Shown one piece after another: positions 50,393 to 60,422 of a stretch of 64,000 nucleotides of DNA. The notes beneath the pieces are model-generated. The model was not told the origin of the DNA. It saw only the letters and a list, made by a program, of their open reading frames with translations, and made no database searches. How positions within the stretch are numbered: position 1 is the first letter of the stretch; each line of letters starts with the position of its first letter. The DNA is from Burkholderiaceae bacterium. Lineage in GTDB: Bacteria > Pseudomonadota > Gammaproteobacteria > Burkholderiales > Burkholderiaceae. Both the position numbers and the translations under genes were made by a program. Location of the stretch: NCBI GenBank assembly GCA_947448415.1, contig CANFMT010000002.1:62698-126697 (forward strand), given 5' to 3'.

Positions 50393-51751
50393 GTGACTGA
50401 AATCTATCGAGTTGCCTGCGCTGCAGGATTTTCGGGTGACAGAACGGATGTTGCTAGGCCTCTGGTAGATGAGCTTATAAGGCAAGGTGGACCTAGTTGC
50501 CTAATCTTTGAAAGTCTTGCAGAAAGAACCTTGGCGCTTGCTCAGTTAGAGCGAGATCAAAATTCTGAGTTGGGTTATGAGCCCCTGTTATCGGAGATGT
50601 TGTCACCAGTTTTGGCTGATTGTGTAAAGAGCGGTATACCGATAGTTGGAAACTTTGGCGCCGCGAATCCAGAGGGTGCGGCCAGATTAATAAGCTCCCT
50701 CGCAAAACAACAGGGTATTGCAGATATACGAATTGCTATTGTTAAGGGCGATGATGTTGCGACACCAGAACTTCTACCCAAAATAAATACATTCCTTTCT
50801 CCAGATGATCAAGAAGTTTTGGCAGGTAGTAGATTGGTGAGTGCTAATGTTTATCTCGGTGCGCAACAGATTGCTGATGCGCTGATCTCCGGTGCGCAAG
50901 TAGTGGTGACTGGGCGTGTTGCTGATCCAGCACTGACGGTTGGGCCTTTAATGGCCCACTTTAAGAGGGATTGGAGCGATTGGGATTTTTTGGGTGCAGC
51001 CACTATGGCGGGACACTTATTAGAGTGTGGGGCCCAGGTAACGGGTGGATATTTTGCTGATCCTGGACTAAAGGATGTACCGGGTATGTCTAATCTTGGA
51101 TTTCCAATTGTTGAGTTTGATGCAAAAGGAAAAATTTGCGTTACTAAACCACCTGCCACTGGTGGCTTGGTAAATCGTATGACAGTGACAGAGCAGCTCT
51201 TGTATGAGTTGCACGATCCCGCTATGTATTTGACACCCGATGTTGTGGCAGATATTACCCAAGCCCAGATAAGTGACTTAGGCAATGATAGAGTGGTTGT
51301 TACAGGCTTTAAAGGGCATCCAAGACCCCCTAACTTAAAAGCCAATATATGTATTGATGGAGGTTGGTTGGCTGAGGCTGAAATTTCTTATGCGGGTTTT
51401 AATGCGCATGAGAGGGCTCAATTGGCAGCTAAGATTATTCGAGAGCGTTTAAGTCATTTGAATTTACGTATAGATTTCATTGGCTCCTCTAGCGTATTTG
51501 CTAGCGACACTGGTAAAGGCCCCCAATTTAAATCAGATGCAGGATTTGAGGATATTCGTATGCGGGTTGCCGCCGCTCATGATGATCGCATGCAAGCTCT
51601 GCGAGTTTGCAGGGAAGTAACTGCGCTTTATACATGTGGTCCAGCAGGGGGCGGTGGGGTGCGAACAAGCCTGAAGCCGCGCTTAAATACACTGGTTTGT
51701 TTTATTCCAAGAGAATTGGTTTATGCATCTTTTGAGTTCTTTAAGGGCTAA
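50393..51751 (+). CDS. Acyclic terpene utilisation AtuA-family protein (DUF1446), N-terminal part
   Basis: AGFSGDR, E.LAERT, GRVADP, GHLLECGAQVTGG, EQLLYE.HDP..YLTPDV, GPAGGGG. Confidence 0.88.
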   Translation: MTEIYRVACAAGFSGDRTDVARPLVDELIRQGGPSCLIFESLAERTLALAQLERDQNSELGYEPLLSEMLSPVLADCVKSGIPIVGNFGAANPEGAARLISSLAKQQGIADIRIAIVKGDDVATPELLPKINTFLSPDDQEVLAGSRLVSANVYLGAQQIADALISGAQVVVTGRVADPALTVGPLMAHFKRDWSDWDFLGAATMAGHLLECGAQVTGGYFADPGLKDVPGMSNLGFPIVEFDAKGKICVTKPPATGGLVNRMTVTEQLLYELHDPAMYLTPDVVADITQAQISDLGNDRVVVTGFKGHPRPPNLKANICIDGGWLAEAEISYAGFNAHERAQLAAKIIRERLSHLNLRIDFIGSSSVFASDTGKGPQFKSDAGFEDIRMRVAAAHDDRMQALRVCREVTALYTCGPAGGGGVRTSLKPRLNTLVCFIPRELVYASFEFFKG

Positions 51752-51756
51752 GCAAA

Positions 51757-52083
51757 ATGAATAAAACAACTCCTCTTTATAGGCTTGCTCATGCCAGAAC
51801 GGGTGATAAAGGTAATCGCTCGAATATTAGCGTGGTCGCTTATCACTCTGAGGATTATTCTTTGCTGCTAAAAGAGTTAACGGAAGAAAAGGTAAAAGCA
51901 CATTTTGGGTTTCGTAGTCCCGGCGTAGTAAAGCGTTATGAACTGCCGAACTTAATGGCGTTAAATTTTGTGATTGATGATGTGTTGGACGGTGGTGTCA
52001 ATCTCTCATTAAATCTGGATTCCCATGGTAAGAGCCTTTCTTACTGGCTCTTAGCAATGGAAGTTAACGCTGACTTTTATTAG
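51757..52083 (+). CDS. Small AtuA C-terminal-like protein
   Basis: LAHARTGDKGN.SNI, RYELP, LNFV, LDGG, LDSHGK. Confidence 0.85.
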   Translation: MNKTTPLYRLAHARTGDKGNRSNISVVAYHSEDYSLLLKELTEEKVKAHFGFRSPGVVKRYELPNLMALNFVIDDVLDGGVNLSLNLDSHGKSLSYWLLAMEVNADFY

Positions 52084-52098
52084 AGGTTTTTGAGCTAG

Positions 52099-53082
52099 TT
52101 ATTCTGGTTCCATGCCAGCTTCTTTAATGGCCTTGGCCCATTTAGCTGTCTCTAGTTTGATTTTCTGGCCAAGCGCCTCAGGAGTACCAGGTTGTGACTC
52201 AAAGCCCATGGCAGAAAAGCGTTCAATCAAATCCTTAGACTTAGCAGCATCATTAATCGCTTTATTTAACTTGATTACTGCATCTTTTGGCATTCCAGCT
52301 GGACCAAAGGCGGCAAAGAATGCAATCAGCTCATAGCCTTTGATACCAAGTGCTTCGTTAACGGTTGGTAGTTCAGGGATTGCTGGGGAGCGCTTAAGTG
52401 AGGTTACTGCAAGACCGCGAATCTTGCCAGCTTGTACCTGTGGCAAAGTAACCGCAAAGTCTGCAGTAAACATGTTGACCTGCCCGCCAATGAGATCAGT
52501 CATCGCATTTGGCCCACTCTTATAAGAAACACCAGTCATATTAATTCCAGCAGCATTTGCGAGCATTTCTGAGGAGACACGTTGAGATGTGCTGGCATAT
52601 GCAAATGTCATTTTTCCAGGGTCTGCTTTAGCAAGGGCAACAAAACCGTTGAGTGATTTTGCTGGGACCTCATTATTGATTGCAACAATCAGTGGCACGG
52701 AGCCAAAGTAGCCAATTGGAGTAAATGCTGTGTCTTGGTTATAGGGGAGATTCTTGACTAGACTTTTGAGAGCAGCATTCGTGCTATTGGTACCAAATAA
52801 TATGGTGTAGCCATCAGCGGGGGCTTTAGCAACCTGTTCGGCGCCGATCATTCCATTAGCGCCCGGACGATTTTCAATGACCACCGGTTGCCCCAGAATT
52901 TCGGTCATTTTGGCTGCAAAGGCACGACCAATTTGATCGGTAGCGCTTCCAGGTGCAAATGGCACAATTGCTTTGATGGGTTTTGAGGGGTAGGAATCGG
53001 CTAAGGCTATTGTGCCGCTCAGGCCGAATATTAGGCCAGCAAAGATTTGTATTAAACGTGCTGAGATTTGCTTACTTTTCAT
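52099..53082 (-). CDS. Bug/TctC-family solute receptor
   Basis: VPFAPGSATD, ENRPGANG, DLIGGQV. Confidence 0.92.
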   Translation of the reverse strand: MKSKQISARLIQIFAGLIFGLSGTIALADSYPSKPIKAIVPFAPGSATDQIGRAFAAKMTEILGQPVVIENRPGANGMIGAEQVAKAPADGYTILFGTNSTNAALKSLVKNLPYNQDTAFTPIGYFGSVPLIVAINNEVPAKSLNGFVALAKADPGKMTFAYASTSQRVSSEMLANAAGINMTGVSYKSGPNAMTDLIGGQVNMFTADFAVTLPQVQAGKIRGLAVTSLKRSPAIPELPTVNEALGIKGYELIAFFAAFGPAGMPKDAVIKLNKAINDAAKSKDLIERFSAMGFESQPGTPEALGQKIKLETAKWAKAIKEAGMEPE

Positions 53083-53165
53083 ATTGTCTCCATTGTTTTT
53101 ATAAGTGTAGCGGGTCTTGGCAGCTTTGGGCGAGTAGAATGAGTTCACGTTTTTACTGATACTTT

Positions 53166-54398
53166 ATGCGCTTTAAATCAACAGGCTACACCCCTCTTAT
53201 GCTCTTGGCGCAAACCTGTGCCTTACTGGGGTTTGCTTGCTACGCGGTAGTGCTGACCACCCTGCAAGATGAGTGGCATCTCAGTAACTTGCAGTCCGGG
53301 CTTATTGCCAGCGCTTTTTTCTTTGGTTATATGTTGGCCGTTCCTTTGGCTACCGCGTTGACAGATAGAGTGGATGCACGCAAGGTTTATTTAGTTGGTG
53401 GTCTCTTGGCAACATCCGGACTATTAGGAATGAGCTTATTTGCTGATAACTTCTGGACAGCAATATTTTTTATGGCAATTAATGGCGCAGGTTTGGCGGG
53501 TACGTATATGCCAGGCCTCAAAATTTTGTCAGACCGTATTCAGTCCGGTGAGTTAACCAGGCATATCGCTTTTTATACCGCCTTCTTTGGAATTGGTACA
53601 GGCTTCTCTTATTTATGCTCGGGCTGGATCTTGAATTCGTTGGGTTGGCATTATGTATTTGGCCTCATTGCTCTAGGTCCCTTTTGCGCATTCTTAATTG
53701 TTTTCTGGTTGATTCCACCGCTTGCACATGAAAAGTGGCAAGGTCCAATGCGCATTAAATTGCACGATATCTTTCCAATAGGTAAATGGAAATTAGTATT
53801 GCAGGATAAGAAAGCATCTGGGTTTATTTTTGGGTACACCGCCCACTCTCTCGAGTTGTTTGCATCTCGCAGCTGGATTGTTGCTTTCTTTGCTTTTTGT
53901 GCTGCGCTATCTGGAGAAACTTTTTTCTTGGCTGCAACTACCTTAGCAGGAGTCATTAATTTCTTTGGAGTCCCTTCATCCATTATTGGTAACGAAATTG
54001 CTTTGCGTATAGGTCGTCAAAAATGGGTTTGCATTGTGATGTTGACCAGCGCTGTAATGGGCATTGCATTGGCTTGTACCACTGGACAGTCTTGGTGGTT
54101 AATTGTTGCATTAGCTATAGGTCATGCCATTTTTATTATGGCTGACTCATCAACCTTAACTGCTGGACTGGTGATTAGCGCGCAAGAAAATATCAAGGGC
54201 GCGGCTATGGGCTTACATTCTTTAATGGGATTTGGCGGCGGACTATTGGGCCCAGCTATTTTTGGTTTGGTGTTGGATATCTCTGGCTCGCGTACGTCGC
54301 AATCAGCTTGGATATGGGCTTATGTTGCAGTAGTAATGTGGGGCGTTCTATTTGTGATGTATGAACGCCGTAATGGCTGGGTTGATAAGGTTAGCTGA
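53166..54398 (+). CDS. MFS transporter, translationally coupled to ccoI
   Basis: About 12 TM segments, motif A-like LTDRVDARKV, TGATG overlap with ccoI. Confidence 0.88.
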   Translation: MRFKSTGYTPLMLLAQTCALLGFACYAVVLTTLQDEWHLSNLQSGLIASAFFFGYMLAVPLATALTDRVDARKVYLVGGLLATSGLLGMSLFADNFWTAIFFMAINGAGLAGTYMPGLKILSDRIQSGELTRHIAFYTAFFGIGTGFSYLCSGWILNSLGWHYVFGLIALGPFCAFLIVFWLIPPLAHEKWQGPMRIKLHDIFPIGKWKLVLQDKKASGFIFGYTAHSLELFASRSWIVAFFAFCAALSGETFFLAATTLAGVINFFGVPSSIIGNEIALRIGRQKWVCIVMLTSAVMGIALACTTGQSWWLIVALAIGHAIFIMADSSTLTAGLVISAQENIKGAAMGLHSLMGFGGGLLGPAIFGLVLDISGSRTSQSAWIWAYVAVVMWGVLFVMYERRNGWVDKVS

Positions 54399-56842
54399 TG
54401 GACCAGGCAATGCATCAGCAAAGCGTATTTCACTGCTACCACTGTTCCAATGAGATTTTGCCCAATGAATTAATAGAGGCTGATCTTAATGGGGTAGCCC
54501 GTCAATTTTGCTGCCCTGGTTGCATGGCTATTGCCCAAACCATTCATGGGGAAGGCCTGGAAGTTTTCTATGCGAGGCGCGCTCAGTCAAGTGAAAAACC
54601 TGCGTCATATCTTGCTAAAAATGAGATTCCTGAAAAGCTTAAGCCTTACGATGACCCCTCTTTGTTAGGGCGCTTTACTCGTCCTGAGGGTGATAGTGGT
54701 GAATTGGTAACTACCTTGCGCCTGGAAAAAATACGATGCGCAGCCTGCGTCTGGTTATGTGAACAACATTTACGACGTATTGATGGCGTTAAAGATGTAC
54801 AAATTAATTACGTCACTCAAAAAGTCATCGTGCGTTTTTCTCCTGAAAAAACAAGTCTAGCCAGATTGCTCTTTGAGATCGAAAGAATTGGTTATGAGGC
54901 ATGGCCGTTTGAGCCATCACTGTCTCTTGATAGGGCAAAAATTGAGCGGCGTCAGTTACTCATGAGGTTGGGTGTGGCTATGCTCGGCATGATGCAGGTC
55001 ATGATGTATGCGTGGCCTACCTATACCGGTGCCGATATCACGCCTGAGTTTGATTTGTTAATGGGTTGGGTTAGCTGGGCTTTAACAGTTCCAGTGCTAG
55101 TCTATTCAGCTGGGACCATATTTCAAGCGGCGTGGCGCAGCGTGCAGTCATTCAAGCAGACGCATATGCTTGGAATGGACGTACCTATTGCCTTGGCGCT
55201 AGCTTTGGCGTTTAGTGCTGGCACAATTAATTTAGTAACGGGCTCCGGAAAAAGTTATTTTGATTCCATCACCATGTTTGTGGCATTTATTTTGGCCGCT
55301 AGATATGTAGAGTTATTAGCAAGACAAGATGCCCAAGGTGGGGCAGAGGCTTTAGCAAAACAATTACCAGCAACTTGTGAGCGAGCGCCTAATTATCCCG
55401 CCTCCCAAGAGGTTGAGGTTGTTCCAGTGGTTAATTGCAACCCTGGTGAAATATTGCGTGTATCACCCGGTGAAGTAGTACCTACCGATGGTATTTTGAT
55501 TGAAAACGTTAGTGCTTTAGATGAGTCTTTGCTGACCGGCGAATCTAAGCCTGTAGATAAATATATTGGTGACCATGTTTATGCTGGTACTCACAACATT
55601 CTCAATCCCTTTCTCATGCGCATTGATGCGGTAGGGCAATCGACACGCATCGCCGGCATTGCATCATTATTAGATCAAGCCCTGCTTGCTAAGCCGGTAA
55701 TGGTTAGTCTTGCAGAAAGATGGACCGCTTATTTTGTTGCCATTCTTTTGTTAAGTGCATTTGTTTCATCTGCTATCTGGTGGTATTTTGATCCAAGCCA
55801 GGCTTGGACAGTACTCGTTGCTGTTTTGGTTGCAAGTTGTCCATGCGCACTCTCGCTTGCAGTACCTACTGCAATGGCTGCAGCACAAGGTGCAGTAACA
55901 AAATTAGGTTTATTGATTGTTCGTGGCCATGTTATGGAGGGGTTGGCAAAAGCAACTGATTTAGTACTAGATAAAACTGGCACACTCACTATGGGTCAGC
56001 CAGAGTTGCAAAAGATTATTCGTTTGCGTTCAGGTGTTAGGCGTGAAGATGCGCTAGCTTTAGCTGCGGCACTGGAGTCTGGTCAAAAGCATCCCTTGGC
56101 GCTTTCATTGCTTCGTGCTGCTGAGGCAGAACATTTGAGTCTTCCAGTGCTAGCAAATCCAGTCTCCAATGAGTTGGGCAAAGGTCTAAGTTCAGGGGCA
56201 TATAAACTTGGAAGTGCCTTTTGGGTTGGCGTAGAGCAAGATGCTGATGTCGGGCAATATGGCCAAGTGCATTTAGCTGATGAGCTAGGTTTAATTGCTA
56301 GCTTTATTTTTTTGGATACGCCACGCAGTGGACTTGAAGATTTGCTGAAGGCAGCAAGCATTAGAAAGATAGTAGTGCATCTGGTTTCAGGTGATGATCC
56401 ATTAACTGTTGTATGGTGGGCAAGAAAAGTAGGTATTAATCACTATCAAGGTGGTTGCACTCCAGAGGAAAAATACCAATATATAGAGCGTCTTCAAAAA
56501 CAAGGATGCTTTGTATGGGCTATTGGCGATGGAGTCAACGATGCACCATTATTGGCGCGCGCAGACGTTTCTATTGCAGTTGGTACTGGAGCACCTTTGG
56601 CTGCTGCAGGTGCTGATGCAATATTGACGGCAGTTTCCATGAAGCCTCTTGCTAGAGCCTTGTTACTGGCTGATAAAACTCAAGCCATCATTAAAGAAAA
56701 TTTATTGTGGGCGCTGGTTTATAACTTGATGGCAATACCGGCAGCAATGATGGGGCTGGTAAATCCATGGGTTGCCGGAATTGGCATGTCCCTATCTTCC
56801 TTGCTGGTCACATTAAATGCTTGGCGTTTGCGAAAAGCTTAG
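54398..56842 (+). CDS. ccoI: Cu-translocating P1B-type ATPase CcoI/FixI
   Basis: CYHC/CCPGC N-terminal domain, CAAC, TGES, CPC, DKTGT, GDGVND. Adjacent to ccoS. Confidence 0.92.
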   Translation: MDQAMHQQSVFHCYHCSNEILPNELIEADLNGVARQFCCPGCMAIAQTIHGEGLEVFYARRAQSSEKPASYLAKNEIPEKLKPYDDPSLLGRFTRPEGDSGELVTTLRLEKIRCAACVWLCEQHLRRIDGVKDVQINYVTQKVIVRFSPEKTSLARLLFEIERIGYEAWPFEPSLSLDRAKIERRQLLMRLGVAMLGMMQVMMYAWPTYTGADITPEFDLLMGWVSWALTVPVLVYSAGTIFQAAWRSVQSFKQTHMLGMDVPIALALALAFSAGTINLVTGSGKSYFDSITMFVAFILAARYVELLARQDAQGGAEALAKQLPATCERAPNYPASQEVEVVPVVNCNPGEILRVSPGEVVPTDGILIENVSALDESLLTGESKPVDKYIGDHVYAGTHNILNPFLMRIDAVGQSTRIAGIASLLDQALLAKPVMVSLAERWTAYFVAILLLSAFVSSAIWWYFDPSQAWTVLVAVLVASCPCALSLAVPTAMAAAQGAVTKLGLLIVRGHVMEGLAKATDLVLDKTGTLTMGQPELQKIIRLRSGVRREDALALAAALESGQKHPLALSLLRAAEAEHLSLPVLANPVSNELGKGLSSGAYKLGSAFWVGVEQDADVGQYGQVHLADELGLIASFIFLDTPRSGLEDLLKAASIRKIVVHLVSGDDPLTVVWWARKVGINHYQGGCTPEEKYQYIERLQKQGCFVWAIGDGVNDAPLLARADVSIAVGTGAPLAAAGADAILTAVSMKPLARALLLADKTQAIIKENLLWALVYNLMAIPAAMMGLVNPWVAGIGMSLSSLLVTLNAWRLRKA

Positions 56843-56851
56843 ACTATAGAG

Positions 56852-57031
56852 ATGGAAAGCCTATATCTCCTTATTCCTTTATCGCTGGTATTGATAGTAC
56901 TTTTAGTTTGGATTTTGCATTGGTCTATTAAGAGTGGGCAATTTGATGATCTTGATGGGCCAGGGCAGTCTATTTTGATGGATGATGATGCTCCAGAGCC
57001 GCAAAAAGTTAGTAAACACTCTCAAAATTAA
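56852..57031 (+). CDS. ccoS: cbb3 oxidase maturation protein CcoS/FixS
   Basis: Read manually: MESLYLLIPLSLVL...WSIKSGQFDDLDGPGQSILMDDD. Confidence 0.93.
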   Translation: MESLYLLIPLSLVLIVLLVWILHWSIKSGQFDDLDGPGQSILMDDDAPEPQKVSKHSQN

Positions 57032-57103
57032 TCATATATCTATTGAGTTTATATAGGGTTAGGGTTTCCCTTTTAGGAGGGGCATGAATTTGGCCCACCC
57101 TTT

Positions 57104-57117
57104 TTGATGTAGATCAA
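57104..57117. promoter_or_regulatory. FNR box upstream of ccoN
   Basis: Perfect TTGAT-GTAG-ATCAA, with fnr in the same locus. Confidence 0.88.
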
Positions 57118-57198
57118 ACTCCCCTGATGACCTTACTTTCATAATTCATTCAGTCTATTTGGATTATGTCGTTGTTTGGTCACAAAAAAGGAGAAACC

Positions 57199-58641
57199 AT
57201 GGGACTTACCGTGGGGAGTAATCAAGATACCTTCAATTACAAGGTTGTCAGTCAATTTGCCATCGTTACTGTGCTGTGGGGAATTGTTGGCATGCTCGTG
57301 GGGGTTATCCTCGCAGCCCAGCTCATCTGGCCAGAAATCACTTTTAATATTCCTTGGCTGAGTTATGGTCGTTTACGTCCATTGCACACCAATGCGGTGA
57401 TTTTTGCGTTTGGTGGTTCAGCGCTGTTCGCCACTTCGTACTACATCGTGCAGCGCACGTGTCAGGTACGACTGTTCTGTGACAAATTAGCAGCATTTAC
57501 CTTTTGGGGATGGCAGGCCGTCATTGTTTCTGCTGCCATCACATTGCCATTAGGTATTACGACATCCAAAGAGTACGCAGAATTAGAGTGGCCAATTGAT
57601 TTATTGATTACGATTGTTTGGGTTGCCTATGCGATTGTGTTCTTCGGTACCGTGATCAAGCGAAAGACTAAACACATTTACGTATCTAACTGGTTCTTCG
57701 GTGCTTATATTTTGACAATTGCTGTATTGCACATTGTTAACAATATTGAAATGCCGGCAAGTCTCTTTAAATCGTACTCAGCATATGCTGGCGCACAAGA
57801 TGCAATGATTCAGTGGTGGTATGGCCATAACGCGGTGGGTTTCTTCTTGACCACTAGCTTCTTGGGCATGATGTACTACTTCATTCCCAAACAAGCTGAG
57901 CGTCCAATCTACTCATATCGTTTGTCAATCGTTCACTTTTGGGCATTGAACTTTACCTATATGTGGGCAGGTCCTCACCATTTGCAGCACACCTCACTAC
58001 CTGACTGGACTCAATCTTTAGGTATGGTTTTCTCATTGATCTTGTTAGCACCATCATGGGGCGGCATGATCAACGGCATCATGACTCTATCTGGCGCCTG
58101 GCATAAATTGCGTCGTGATCCAATCTTGAAATTCTTGGTAGTGGCATTGTCTTTCTACGGTATGTCAACCTTTGAGGGCTCAATGATGTCCATCAAGACT
58201 GTGAATAGCTTGTCTCATTACACAGACTGGACTATTGGCCACGTTCACTCTGGTGCCTTGGGTTGGGTTGCCATGATTACTATAGGCTCTCTGTACTACC
58301 TTATTCCACGTTTGGTTGGTCAAAGAGATATGTACAGCACTAAGTTGATCGAATTGCATTTCTGGATTGCTACTATTGGCGTGGTGATTTACATCGCTGC
58401 AATGTGGATTGCCGGCGTCATGCAAGGTTTGATGTGGAGAGCATTTGAGCCAGATGGTACTTTGACTTACAGCTTCGTTGAGTCTGTAAAGGCAACCTAT
58501 CCTTTCTATGTCATTCGTTTATTAGGCGGCCTATGCTACTTAGGCGGTATGTTATTGATGGCTTACAACGTCTACAAAACAGTGATTAACAAAAAATTCG
58601 TTGACGCTCCTATTCCACAAGCGTCTATCGCCGCTCACTAA
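57199..58641 (+). CDS. ccoN: cbb3-type cytochrome c oxidase subunit I
   Basis: [29 protein letters not shown] precedes ATG 57199. Confidence 0.98.
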   Translation: MGLTVGSNQDTFNYKVVSQFAIVTVLWGIVGMLVGVILAAQLIWPEITFNIPWLSYGRLRPLHTNAVIFAFGGSALFATSYYIVQRTCQVRLFCDKLAAFTFWGWQAVIVSAAITLPLGITTSKEYAELEWPIDLLITIVWVAYAIVFFGTVIKRKTKHIYVSNWFFGAYILTIAVLHIVNNIEMPASLFKSYSAYAGAQDAMIQWWYGHNAVGFFLTTSFLGMMYYFIPKQAERPIYSYRLSIVHFWALNFTYMWAGPHHLQHTSLPDWTQSLGMVFSLILLAPSWGGMINGIMTLSGAWHKLRRDPILKFLVVALSFYGMSTFEGSMMSIKTVNSLSHYTDWTIGHVHSGALGWVAMITIGSLYYLIPRLVGQRDMYSTKLIELHFWIATIGVVIYIAAMWIAGVMQGLMWRAFEPDGTLTYSFVESVKATYPFYVIRLLGGLCYLGGMLLMAYNVYKTVINKKFVDAPIPQASIAAH

Positions 58642-58651
58642 GGAAAAGAAC

Positions 58652-59299
58652 ATGTCAGAACAACGTCGATTTTTCTCCCACGAAACGCTTGAGCGTAATG
58701 TTGGTTGGTTGATCATCGCAACTATTGCGGCAATCTCGGTTGCTGGATTAGTGCAGATCGTTCCATTATTTTTCCAGCACTCTACAACTGAGCCCAGTCC
58801 TGGAGTTGAGCCTTACTCTGCTCTGCGTTTAGCGGGTCGCGATATCTATCAGCGCGAAGGCTGTATGGGTTGCCATTCACAACAGATTCGTACTCTGCGT
58901 TCAGAAGTTGAGCGCTACGGCCCTTACTCTTTAGCTGGCGAATCAGTGTTTGATCACCCCTTCCTGTGGGGGAGCAAGCGTACTGGCCCAGATTTGGCTC
59001 GCGTAGGTGGTCGTTATTCAGATGACTGGCATCGTATTCACTTACGTAACCCGCGTGATGTGGTGCCTGAATCTAATATGCCTGCATACCCCTATTTGCA
59101 AAAGCCGGCAGCTGCCGACACTATTTCTTCTCATATGAACGCAATGCGTCGCTTAGGTGTTCCTTACACTGACGAACAAATCGCTAATGCGCCAAAAGAA
59201 TTAGAAGGTAAGACTGAAGAAGATGCATTGATTGCATACCTTCAGGGGCTTGGTGTAAATCGTAGATACATCATTGTTGACGAGGTTGTTGCTAAGTAA
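58652..59299 (+). CDS. ccoO: cbb3-type cytochrome c oxidase subunit II
   Basis: [27 protein letters not shown]. Confidence 0.97.
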   Translation: MSEQRRFFSHETLERNVGWLIIATIAAISVAGLVQIVPLFFQHSTTEPSPGVEPYSALRLAGRDIYQREGCMGCHSQQIRTLRSEVERYGPYSLAGESVFDHPFLWGSKRTGPDLARVGGRYSDDWHRIHLRNPRDVVPESNMPAYPYLQKPAAADTISSHMNAMRRLGVPYTDEQIANAPKELEGKTEEDALIAYLQGLGVNRRYIIVDEVVAK

Positions 59300-59319
59300 G
59301 ACTTAGCAACTGAGACACT

Positions 59320-59487
59320 ATGCAAAACATTGCTCCCTATCTCTCAGCAATATCTACCGTGCTTGGCTTGGTAGTTTTTTTAGGAATCGTTTGGTGGGCT
59401 TGGTCTGCAAAAAGACAGCCTGCCAATCAAGAATCCGCCGAACTTCCGTTCGATCTTCCCGATGAATTCAGTAAGGATAAATCATGA
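59320..59487 (+). CDS. ccoQ: cbb3-type cytochrome c oxidase subunit IV
   Basis: Read manually as a 55-aa ORF (FLGIVWWAW...A.LPF) with an ATGA overlap into ccoP. Confidence 0.9.
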   Translation: MQNIAPYLSAISTVLGLVVFLGIVWWAWSAKRQPANQESAELPFDLPDEFSKDKS

Positions 59488-60410
59488 GTGACTTTCTTGG
59501 TGCCGGTTGGAGTGCCTATATCGCCTTAGTAACATTAGTCGGTATTGTTTGGTGCGTCTGGTTATTATTTTCTCAACTTAAAGTAAAGGTGAAGCTCAAG
59601 CCTGATGGCCAAGTTGAAGATACTGGTCACGTTTGGGATGGCGACTTACGCGAATTGAATAATCCGTTGCCACGCTGGTGGATGTGGATGTTCTTAATTT
59701 CTTGCATTTTTGCATTGGTTTATTTAGTTCTCTATCCTGGCTTAGGTTCATATCCAGGTGTTTTGGGGTACAGCACTGATGGCGCGCTGATGAAGTCCAT
59801 GACAACCGCTAATGATGAGTTAAAGCCCGTATATGCAAAATACGTAAAGATGGATATCGAGCAAGTTGCTGCAGATCCTCAGGCGCGTGAAATGGGGCAA
59901 CGTTTGTTCTTGAACTCTTGCGCACAATGCCATGGTTCTGATGCTGGTGGCGCCAAAGGTTTTCCAAATTTAACGGACCGTGACTGGCTATACGGCGGCT
60001 CCCCTGAAAATATTAAGACAAGCATTACTAATGGTCGCGGTGGTGTGATGCCTCCGTTCCCGCAATTAGATGGCAAGCAAATTGTCGATGTTGCCAACTA
60101 TGTGCGCAGTCTTTCTGGCTTACCAGCGGACGACCTGAAGGCAGCTCGTGGTGCAGAGGTATTTAAAGCCAACTGTGTAGCGTGTCACGGCGCTGATGGT
60201 AAAGGTAATATCGCATTGGGCGCACCTAATCTTACTGATAAAACTTGGTTATACGGTGGTTCAGAAGCAACGATTGTTGAGACGGTGACCAAAGGGCGCA
60301 TGGCAATGATGCCCGCTCAGGATAAAGTATTAAGTCCTGAGAAAATTCAGTTATTGACTGCATATGTTTGGGGCCTCTCTAACAATAAGCAGCCAGCAGC
60401 GGCTAAATAA
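59484..60410 (+). CDS. ccoP: cbb3-type cytochrome c oxidase subunit III
   Basis: GHVWDG.L.E.NNPLPRWW and two CxxCH motifs (CAQCH, CVACH). Confidence 0.97.
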   Translation: MSDFLGAGWSAYIALVTLVGIVWCVWLLFSQLKVKVKLKPDGQVEDTGHVWDGDLRELNNPLPRWWMWMFLISCIFALVYLVLYPGLGSYPGVLGYSTDGALMKSMTTANDELKPVYAKYVKMDIEQVAADPQAREMGQRLFLNSCAQCHGSDAGGAKGFPNLTDRDWLYGGSPENIKTSITNGRGGVMPPFPQLDGKQIVDVANYVRSLSGLPADDLKAARGAEVFKANCVACHGADGKGNIALGAPNLTDKTWLYGGSEATIVETVTKGRMAMMPAQDKVLSPEKIQLLTAYVWGLSNNKQPAAAK

Positions 60411-60422
60411 GTAAAAAAATAA

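Noticed and set aside
57054-57071. TAGGGTTAGGGTTTCCCT as a telomere-like or G-quadruplex repeat
   Set aside because: Only two units are present. It is at most a short AGGG..CCCT palindrome near the ccoN promoter, which is insufficient support.
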